From assembly GCF_036588685.1 (NCBI RefSeq), contig NC_086380.1:33520313-33530312 (forward strand): 10,000 nucleotides of DNA. The letters run 5' to 3'. Numbering within the stretch: the first letter of the stretch is position 1; each line of letters opens with the position of its first letter. The translations under genes and the position numbers were made by a program. Below are positions 1 through 7,998 of the stretch, piece after piece. The notes beneath the pieces were generated by a model. The model worked only from the letters and a program-made list of their open reading frames with translations, had not been told where the DNA came from and made no database searches. Source of the stretch: Mytilus trossulus. Lineage: Eukaryota.

Positions 1-2302
1 TGAGGGTACTTTCTCTAAAAATGAGGGTACTTTTTATATGGCCTTCCAAATACCGTTTCGATCCCTAACATCACTGAAGAGACATTTATTGTCGAAATCA
101 GGATATGGTGTACTAAAGAAATATTGACACCGAATGTTTGTGGCACAACATACTGTCCACAAGTTAACAATTTTTTTTTCTGTGACGTATTAAATTTATA
201 TTAGGATCCATTTTGTTACATCTTGTGATCAATTTTATTTGGCAATCGTCAATGGCAGTCAGCAGGGTTAAAGAACATCAGTTGTTCGACCTGTTAGTCA
301 AATGCGTTTTGTTTAAATATACTTTTTCACTCTTTTGGTCTTTTGGAAAATGTTGTTTGTGCTGTTTTTAGACCCTTTTACAACGAAATTTGTTTTACAT
401 GCACACGTATAAAAACTGCGGTTTTTATCCAACGCAGTCATAGGTTTGAACGTAGTTTTCAATTTAGACTCGTTTATATTTTTTGTTTGGGCATGTATCA
501 TATTTTCCCTCTGGTTTATATGATCCGTTCATCCTATATATTGACTCTTAAAATTCAAGAGTTAATCTAAAAATGAGGGTACTTTCTCTAAAAATGAGGG
601 TACTTTTTATATGGCCTTCCAAATACCGTTTCGATCCCTAACATCACTGAAGAGACATTTATTGTCGAAATCAGGATATGGTGTACTAAAGAAATATTGA
701 CACCGAATGTTTGTGGCACAACATACTGTCCACAAGTTAACAATTTTTTTTTCTGTGACGTATTAAATTTATATTAGGATCCATTTTGTTACATCTTGTG
801 ATCAATTTTATTTGGCAATCGTCAATGGCAGTCAGCAGGGTTAAAGAACATCAGTTGTTCGACCTGTTAGTCAAATGCGTTTTGTTTAAATATACTTTTT
901 CACTCTTTTGGTCTTTTGGAAAATGTTGTTTGTGCTGTTTTTAGACCCTTTTACAACGAAATTTGTTTTACATGCACACGTATAAAAACTGCGGTTTTTA
1001 TCCAACGCAGTCATAGGTTTGAACGTAGTTTTCAATTTAGACTCGTTTATATTTTTTGTTTGGGCATGTATCATATTTTCCCTCCGGTTTATATGATCCG
1101 TTCATCCTATTGACTCTTAAAATTCAAGAGTTAATCTAAAAATGAGGGTACTTTCTCTAAAAATGAGGGTACTTTTTATATGGCCTTCCAAATACCGTTT
1201 CGATCCCTAACATCACTGAAGAGTCATTTATTGTCGAAATCAGGATATGGTGTACTAAAAAAATATTGACACCGAATGTTTGTGGCACAACATACTGTCC
1301 ACAAGTTAACAATTTTTTTTTCTGTGACGTATTAAATTTATATTAGGATCCATTTTGTTACATCTTGTGATCAATTTTATTTGGCAATCGTCAATGGCAG
1401 TCAGCAGGGTTAAAGAACATCAGTTGTTCGACCTGTTAGTCAAATGCGTTTTGTTTAAATATACTTTTTCACTCTTTTGGTCTTTTGGAAAATGTTGTTT
1501 GTGCTGTTTTTAGACCCTTTTACAACGAAATTTGTTTTACATGCACACGTATAAAAACTGCGGTTTTTATCCAACGCAGTCATAGGTTTGAACGTAGTTT
1601 TCAATTTAGACTCGTTTATATTTTTTGTTTGGGCATGTATCATATTTTCCCTCTGGTTTATATGATCCGTTCATCCTATATATTGACTCTTAAAATTCAA
1701 GAGTTAATCTAAAAATGAGGGTACTTTCTCTAAAAATGAGGGTACTTTTTATATGGCCTTCCAAATACCGTTTCGATCCCTAACATCACTGAAGAGACAT
1801 TTATTGTCGAAATCAGGATATGGTGTACTAAAGAAATATTGACACCGAATGTTTGTGGCACAACATACTGTCCACAAGTTAACAATTTTTTTTTCTGTGA
1901 CGTATTAAATTTATATTAGGATCCATTTTGTTACATCTTGTGATCAATTTTATTTGGCAATCGTCAATGGCAGTCAGCAGGGTTAAAGAACATCAGTTGT
2001 TCGACCTGTTAGTCAAATGCGTTTTGTTTAAATATACTTTTTCACTCTTTTGGTCTTTTGGAAAATGTTGTTTGTGCTGTTTTTAGACCCTTTTACAACG
2101 AAATTTGTTTTACATGCACACGTATAAAAACTGCGGTTTTTATCCAACGCAGTCATAGGTTTGAAAGTAGTTTTCAATTTAGACTCGTTTATATTTTTTG
2201 TTTGGGCATGTATCATATTTTCCCTCCGGTTTATATGATCCGTTCATCCTATTGACTCTTAAAATTCAAGAGTTAATCTAAAAATGAGGGTACTTTCTCT
2301 AA
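1..2302. repeat. Tandem satellite array 1: four monomers (573, 569, 573, 569 bp, an A/B dimeric higher-order pattern) plus the first 23 bp of a fifth monomer
   Basis: Direct sequence identity. The unit boundary motif 'aaaaatgagggtactttctct' recurs at 569, 1138, 1711 and 2280. The ORF-track copies at 313/886/1455/2028 give periods 573, 569, 573. B-type units differ from A-type by CTCTGG->CTCCGG and a 4-bp ATAT deletion (cctatatattgac -> cctattgac). Confidence 0.95.
569..610. repeat. 21-bp internal tandem duplication at the monomer boundary (aaaaatgagggtactttctct + aaaaatgagggtactttttat), repeated in every monomer
   Basis: Seen directly. Two adjacent 21-mers are 18/21 identical. The same pair occurs at 1138-1179, 1711-1752 and 4159-4200. 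Confidence 0.85.
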
Positions 2303-2325
2303 TCAAAGTGATGGATATCACTCAT

Positions 2326-2351
2326 GGAAAGATTAGAACAGTAGTTTAAAT
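2326..2351. repeat. Left TIR-like end of the insertion: GGAAAGATTAGAACAGTAGTTTAAAT
   Basis: Reverse complement of 3582-3606 is GGAAAGATAAGAACTTGTTCTAAAT. About 19/25 positions match, including the identical leading GGAAAGAT and AGAAC. The left copy lies 23 bp inside the junction (2303-2325 = tcaaagtgatggatatcactcat, itself a small hairpin agtgat/atcact). Confidence 0.45.
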
Positions 2352-2420
2352 TATTTCATATTAAGGTATGTTGGGGGAAAATGAACATTTATAGAGCACT
2401 ATTGCTGAAAATTGCATTTA

Positions 2421-2626
2421 CAGAGGGGGGAAAGGACCTTTATCAGGACTCCGGGAGCGAGTGTTTTTTAAGCTCGGGATTTTGGGATTAACCCTTTCGG
2501 AATCCGGGAATCCTTTTTTTCTGATTTCGGGACGTCGGGATTTACTTTATTTAAATTCGGGACCTCAGGATTTCTTTTTTTTAAGTCCGGGATTTCGGGA
2601 CCAGGACCCCTACTATCCCCCCTCTT
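2421..2626. repeat. GC-richer ~200-bp module: ~30-bp minisatellite (about 5 copies, consensus roughly tTCGGGAynTCGGGATTT + T-run + aag) bracketed by a perfect 9-bp inverted repeat AGAGGGGGG / CCCCCCTCT
   Basis: Seen directly. TCGGGA(T/C) or TCCGGGA pairs at ~2449, 2473, 2497, 2526, 2556 and 2585, each followed by a T-run. Inverted repeat arms at 2423-2430... more precisely 2422-2430 and 2617-2625. MITE-like, but no target-site duplication identified. Confidence 0.6.
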
Positions 2627-3581
2627 AACAGCAGGTTTTTAGAAGGAAATAATGCTTTTCCATTGAGAGGATAAAATGAGCTCAAATTAAATAATATGAA
2701 TCTCTAAATTTTCACAATTTTATTTAAACTGCAGTTTATATCTAATCTAAATTAATATGTTGCCAGTTCAGAACATGTTTTAAAAAATCAAAAAAATGCA
2801 AAATCCGTCTAGTAAATGTTATAAACTATCCTTGTAAGACAAAAAAATAGACCAACAGCTAAAAGCTTTAAAGTGGCAACAAATATAATCTAAAAATGTT
2901 GTTTTGGGGCATTTTGTAAGTTGAAACAGAGGTTATATGGCATTGAAAATACTTGAATACCTTTTATATATTCATATTTATATTCATATTTCATTTTTTT
3001 TAAATCTTGTTACTCCATTAATCATTTAAATATAATCTTTCAGATATAATTTACAGAATCACTGTATGTAATGTAGATCAAAAGTAATTGGCAATAAATA
3101 AATCTATAATCCTTATGAATATCAAACATCTAATATACACATTTGTGTATTCAATTATGAGGTCAAATACTTGTGTATTAAGAATTATATCATATTTTGT
3201 GTGGTCTGTATAATTATGTAAGACTGAGGTTGATAGGTAATGTGGTCAATTTGATTGGCAGTTTAGGAGGTGGGGCATTGTAATTAAAGGTCCACCTTGT
3301 CTCTGATTGATTAGTGATAATGACAGTGGTCAATCATACTAGTGGAATCAATACCCATTTACCTAATCAAAATGTTTTTAAAAAAGCCTGCACATCAACA
3401 CACCTTAATTACATACAATCTTGAATGAACTGCTCCAATAATATACCCAGTTTTTTTTCAGTTTATTTGTGTAGTATGTGCATATTCATGAGAACAATAG
3501 GGAACTATATTTTAGTGTGAATACATTTAGTAACAGTAGCTAACCTGTCCTGTTGTTAGGGAGGGTGGTGCCTAAGTAAAG

Positions 3582-3606
3582 ATTTAGAACAAGTTCTTAT
3601 CTTTCC
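3582..3606. repeat. Right TIR-like end of the insertion (inverted partner of 2326-2351), abutting the resumption of the satellite at 3607
   Basis: See the partner feature. It ends exactly where the satellite sequence aaaaatgagggttctttttatatgg resumes. Confidence 0.45.
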
Positions 3607-5205
3607 AAAAATGAGGGTTCTTTTTATATGGCCTTCCAAATACCGTTTCGATCCCTAACATCACTGAAGAGTCATTTATTGTCGAAATCAGGATATGGTG
3701 TACTAAAAAAATATTGACACCGAATGTTTGTGGCACAACATACTGTCCACAAGTTAACAATTTTTTTTTCTGTGACGTATTAAATTTATATTAGGATCCA
3801 TTTTGTTACATCTTGTGATCAATTTTATTTGGCAATCGTCAATGGCAGTCAGCAGGGTTAAAGAACATCAGTTGTTCGACCTGTTAGTCAAATGCGTTTT
3901 GTTTAAATATACTTTTTCACTCTTTTGGTCTTTTGGAAAATGTTGTTTGTGCTGTTTTTAGACCCTTTTACAACGAAATTTGTTTTACATGCACACGTAT
4001 AAAAACTGCGGTTTTTATCCAACGCAGTCATAGGTTTGAACGTAGTTTTCAATTTAGACTCGTTTATATTTTTTGTTTGGGCATGTATCATATTTTCCCT
4101 CCGGTTTATATGGTCCGTTCATCCTATATATTGACTCTTAAAATTCAAGAGTTAATCTAAAAATGAGGGTACTTTCTCTAAAAATGAGGGTACTTTTTAT
4201 ATGGCCTTCCAAATACCGTTTCGATCCCTAACATCACTGAAGAGACATTTATTGTCGAAATCAGGATATGGTGTACTAAAGAAATATTGACACCGAATGT
4301 TTGTGGCACAACATACTGTCCACAAGTTAACAATTTTTTTTTCTGTGACGTATTAAATTTATATTAGGATCCATTTTGTTACATCTTGTGATCAATTTTA
4401 TTTGGCAATCGTCAATGGCAGTCAGCAGGGTTAAAGAACATCAGTTGTTCGACCTGTTAGTCAAATGCGTTTTGTTTAAATATACTTTTTCACTCTTTTG
4501 GTCTTTTGGAAAATGTTGTTTGTGCTGTTTTTAGACCCTTTTACAACGAAATTTGTTTTACATGCACACGTATAAAAACTGCGGTTTTTATCCAACGCAG
4601 TCATAGGTTTGAACGTAGTTTTCAATTTAGACTCGTTTATATTTTTTGTTTGGGCATGTATCATATTTTCCCTCCGGTTTATATGATCCGTTCATCCTAT
4701 ATATTGACTCTTAAAATTCAAGAGTTTAAAAATGAGGGTACTTTCTCTAAAAATGAGGGTACTTTTTATATGGCCTTCCAAATACCGTTTCGATCCCTAA
4801 CATCACTGAAGAGTCATTTATTGTCGAAATCAGGATATGGTGTACTAAAGAAATATTGACACCGAATGTTTGTGGCACAACATACTGTCCACAAGTTAAC
4901 AATTTTTTTTTCTGTGACGTATTAAATTTATATTAGGATCCATTTTGTTACATCTTGTGATCAATTTTATTTGGCAATCGTCAATGGCAGTCAGCAGGGT
5001 TAAAGAACATCAGTTGTTCGACCTGTTAGTCAAATGCGTTTTGTTTAAATATACTTTTTCACTCTTTTGGTCTTTTGGAAAATGTTGTTTGTGCTGTTTT
5101 TAGACCCTTTTACAACGAAATTTGTTTTACATGCACACGTATAAAAACTGCGGTTTTTATCCAACGCAGTCATAGGTTTGAACGTAGTTTTCAATTTAGA
5201 CTCGT
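3607..5205. repeat. Tandem satellite array 2: same monomer family. Two near-complete units (552 and 569 bp) plus a 478-bp truncated third unit
   Basis: Unit starts at 4159 and 4728. The first unit begins at the second 21-bp sub-repeat (monomer position 22). The unit 2/3 junction lacks 4 bp (gagttaatctaaaaatg -> gagtttaaaaatg). The array ends inside ...tttagactcgt at 5205. Confidence 0.95.
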
Positions 5206-5216
5206 ATATATATATA
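5206..5216. repeat. (AT)n microsatellite at the right edge of the satellite array
   Basis: atatatatata directly follows the truncated monomer. Confidence 0.8.
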
Positions 5217-5342
5217 CAACTCGTCTAAACATCAACCCAACAATGTTGTAGGGTTGTCACTGACTCAGGGGCCAATGATGGTGATACATGGCTGTGTACA
5301 TAATGTATATACAACTCGTATAAACATCAACCCAACAATGTT
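5211..5342. repeat. Pair of 37-bp direct repeats (tatatacaactcgt[c/a]taaacatcaacccaacaatgtt) at 5211-5247 and 5306-5342, 95 bp apart, 36/37 identical
   Basis: Seen directly. They flank a 58-bp unique spacer (gtagggttgtcactgactcaggggccaatgatggtgatacatggctgtgtacataatg). Confidence 0.85.
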
Positions 5343-5436
5343 AGTTCATATATAAGAAAAAGTTACGTAAAGTCGGTATGCTGGTAACATATAAGAAAAT
5401 TATTAAAAGATAATATTGAAACCATCGGATCGCATC

Positions 5437-5451
5437 AATATATATATATAT
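5437..5451. repeat. (AT)n microsatellite followed by (GT)3, immediately outside the left inverted-repeat copy
   Basis: atatatatatatat then gtgtgt. The right inverted-repeat copy is flanked by a related ggtgtatat string at 9312-9325 on the opposite strand. Confidence 0.75.
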
Positions 5452-5455
5452 GTGT

Positions 5456-5521
5456 GTTACAGTAAATAGGTGAAATTCGGAATTACATGTAATTAATAAA
5501 ATTTCGGAATTACCTGTAATT
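5456..5521 (-). repeat. Left copy of an ~66-68-bp inverted repeat pair (partner 9244-9311). Contains the perfect 14-bp palindrome AATTACATGTAATT and a dense set of GTAATT/AATTAC motifs
   Basis: The reverse complement of 9244-9311 aligns at about 56/68 (~82%). The first 40 bp are 36/40 identical (gttacagtaaata[g/c]gtgaaatt[c/a]ggaat...gtaatta) and the last 11 bp are 11/11 (tacctgtaatt). Confidence 0.75.
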
Positions 5522-6954
5522 CCCGATACACTTAGCAAATACAAGTAATTCCTGAATCTGTCTAGTTATAACCAGTAATTACTAGTTTTTAAATGATTTT
5601 TTTAAAGGTGATAAAACAATGTTATAATATGGCAAGCTGATGAAAAATAAGGATAAAACAGTGAACATTATCAAAAAGTGATCAACCTAAAATGTACCTT
5701 TTTGTTATATTAAAGGGTATTAGGCACTGTTAGCTATATAATGCAAAAAAATACATTATATGTTTTGTTGTTGTTCAATCAAATTATAATTCGATTTTTT
5801 TAAGATAAGTTTGGGTCATTTTTTTTTTCTCAAAATAAGCTAAGAAACATGGCTGATGAGTTATTCACTTGCAAATGAATAATTCAACCTCAATGTAACC
5901 GTTAAGCTGGAGCTGGGTTACACATGTATTCAGCTATTAAAAAGGATAGAATGACAAAATTGAAAGTAAAACAAAAGGGATGCACCATTTGGTTTACTGG
6001 GTCGATCCACAATAAGCTCATTCACATACATGTAAAGGTAAATACGACATTCGTTTGATGTGTTTGAGCTTTTGATGGTGCTATTTGATTAGGACTTATA
6101 GTTATAAATTGACTATGAGGGTCGGTTGAAATACAGATTTACGACAAGAGATGATTTCAGCATCCCAATTGTGACTTTTCCTTTTTTGTTTTTCAAATGG
6201 TGAAGTTGAAATCATCACTTCTTAAATTTTACGGACGCCATCACGAGTTGGCTGACCGTTATGGAATATCCGTTTCACATATGACACTGGATATGTTGCT
6301 TATGTCGTAGCTATAATCCATTTCTCTTTTCACGAAAGTGGGACAACCGAATTAGACTATGTACCGGCCCTGTAATAACACGAGTATTACGACGAGTGCC
6401 ATATGTGGAGCAGGATCTGTTTTCCCTTACGGAGCACCTTAGATCCCCCCCAGATTTTGGTTGGATTCGTGTTGCTTTTTCTTTACTTTTTCATGTTGTG
6501 TCTTGCAAGTCTTAACCTTTTTTCAGCCATGGTGTTGTCAGTTTATTTACGATCTATGAGTTTAGACTTGGAACAGGCACCTGCGTTATGTGCTGTGGTA
6601 AACCAGTTTTGCCGAATACACACACGCCATTTTTCCCACTCAATAATTTATATGTGTGATTAATGATGTAAAACCAATACAGCACTGAACATATTGTAAA
6701 ATTCCACCCTAAAGCACCAAACCTACCTAGAAATAATGATGTTCATGTGTGTCTGTCTGTTTGCAAGTCAGGACTAGTTTCTTCATAAGGATTGGTGGTT
6801 TCGATTTGTTATGCGACACTATCAATATGTCAATAGCCGCAGAACATCGAGTAAACATGTACATGTATTTTAATTCTTAATGGGTAATCATTTTTGCTAC
6901 AAAAAAGGTGTTGATAACTGCTATATGACATGTGCAGTACAATTTTTGTACAGG

Positions 6955-6978
6955 TATATGTGAGCCAAAATTTGTTCC
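6955..6978 (+). repeat. Left terminal inverted repeat of the 1.23-kb element
   Basis: See the element feature. Confidence 0.7.
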
Positions 6979-7030
6979 TGTGAAAAAAGTTCCAGTGGAA
7001 CTAATATGTTCTGGGAGAACTTTTTTCACA
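6979..7030. repeat. Hairpin with perfect 14-bp arms (tgtgaaaaaagttc ... gaacttttttcaca) and a 24-nt loop containing its own small palindrome gttccagtggaac, immediately inside the left TIR
   Basis: Seen directly. Arms at 6979-6992 and 7017-7030 are exact reverse complements. Confidence 0.85.
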
Positions 7031-7080
7031 GACAATTTCTATATAATTTGTTCCATCTATATGAAATAAGTTCCACACTT

Positions 7081-7244
7081 TACCTGGTGAAATAAGTTAT
7101 GGGTTGGTGAAATTTGTTCCTTACCTAGTGAAATAAGTTCCATGTTTGTGAGATTTGTTCCTTACCTGGTGAAATAAGTTCTGGATTTGTGAGATTTGTT
7201 CCTCATCTGGTGAAATAAGTACCTTGTCTATGAAATTTGTTCCG
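7081..7244 (+). repeat. Subterminal tandem repeat: 4 copies at an exact 41-bp period (tacctggtgaaataagttNNNNgtttgtga[a/g]atttgttcct)
   Basis: Units at 7081, 7122, 7163 and 7204. Each holds one GTGAAATAAGTTCC-type half and one GTGAnATTTGTTCC-type half. Degenerate copies continue outward to ~7046. Inverted copies of the same motifs fill 7999-8182. Confidence 0.85.
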
Positions 7245-7760
7245 CTGGTTAAACAAGTTATGTTACATACTGAGCACTTGTCATCAGTGAGTTTAAAGTC
7301 ATTATAAAAAACATGTTTTATAATTGATAAGGTAATAAATAAAAAGTGTAAACATCAAATTTGGATCATGTGGAGTAAAGCAAAAGTTAATAACATTATT
7401 CTCAATAAATAATACTAAAAATGACACTTATGAACCAGGAAAGAGTAGAATAAATAATAATAAAAGTCATTCCGAAAAAAAGAATTATAATAGTTAAAGA
7501 TGAATATTTGTACTTTTTCAAAATGGACAAAGTGACTGATCAATTATATTTCAAGACATAGAAAAACAAAAGACACTCTCTTTAAAAACTGTGAAATGAC
7601 AATAGCTAAGTACATGTATGATTAGAACACCCATAACAGATCAACAGGAAATTAAAGGAGGTGGAATACCACTTCAATGATAAAATAGATACAAATTATG
7701 AAACATTATGATTCTCATCGCTTTTATTTCTTATCTTCATCCTAAAGTCATGCCTTTAAT

Positions 7761-7828
7761 CAATCTCCCATGCAGAGTTCTCGGTCCTTGAGAGAGAGCA
7801 AGGACCGAGAACTTTGCATGGGAGATTG
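7761..7828. repeat. 68-bp near-perfect palindrome (30-bp arms, 29/30 complementary, 8-bp AG spacer agagagag), flanked by the 9-bp direct repeat GCCTTTAAT at 7752-7760 and 7829-7837
   Basis: Left arm caatctcccatgcagagttctcggtccttg. Right arm caaggaccgagaactttgcatgggagattg. One mismatch (C/T). The identical 9-mers abut both arm ends. Confidence 0.9.
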
Positions 7829-7998
7829 GCCTTTAATTGCAAATGTACCCCATGCAAGCACAGTACTTATTTCCTGTGAAACAGGTTTCATCAGAACATT
7901 TTCATTGATTTCTATAAAATACCTTCTTTCAAAACTAATATCACACAAACTTAATTCACTTTTTTTAAATTTTAATATTGGAACAAAACTCATACATT

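Larger units (their letters stand above)
2303..3606. mobile_element. ~1.3-kb non-coding insertion that splits the satellite array (candidate non-autonomous DNA transposon; family unknown)
   Basis: Array 1 stops at monomer position ~23 (2302) and array 2 resumes at monomer position ~22 (3607). The satellite is therefore phase-continuous across this segment. No satellite similarity inside it. Imperfect inverted ends (next feature). No ORF of 60 aa or more. Confidence 0.6.

Noticed and set aside
55-65. tRNA B-box-like string GTTTCGATCCC inside each satellite monomer (possible tRNA or SINE ancestry of the satellite)
   Set aside because: It matches GGTTCGAnTCC only with an indel. No complementary T-stem or acceptor stem, and no A box at the expected distance upstream. 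Probably chance.
313-570. Overlapping 62-aa (-) and 75-aa (+) ORFs that recur identically in every satellite monomer (also at 886, 1455, 2028, 3903, 4476, and the 117-aa read-through at 4506-4859)
   Set aside because: Their conservation is just satellite copy identity. The products are lysine-rich and low-complexity, overlap each other on opposite strands, have no recognisable domain, and the 117-aa version exists only because a 4-bp deletion fused units. Treated as non-coding.
2303-2325. Considered that the 23-bp hairpin-containing segment between the satellite break and the left TIR-like end is the true transposon terminus
   Set aside because: No inverted match to the right end. More likely filler or junction DNA, but this cannot be resolved without other copies. 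Both interpretations are kept in the finding.
2526-2545. CENP-B-box-like TTCGggacgtCGGGA in the minisatellite
   Set aside because: Spacing between TTCG and CGGG is 6 nt instead of the 7 nt required by the nTTCGnnnnAnnCGGGn consensus, and the conserved A is G. Not a match.
1-5205. Regularly spaced repeats could superficially suggest a CRISPR array or a prokaryotic repeat system
   Set aside because: The period is 569-573 bp with no short repeat/unique-spacer alternation. The 'spacers' are themselves identical. The context is AT-rich eukaryotic DNA with no cas-like ORFs. It is a satellite.
5341-5544. 67-aa minus-strand ORF
   Set aside because: Runs through an (AT)n microsatellite and the inverted-repeat copy. 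Isoleucine- and tyrosine-rich low-complexity translation of AT-rich repeat DNA.
6403-6663. 86-aa plus-strand ORF in the least repetitive part of the window
   Set aside because: Hydrophobic, low-complexity translation (LLFLYFFMLCLASL...), no recognisable motif, no splice or initiator context I can support. Could in principle be part of an exon, but there is no positive evidence.
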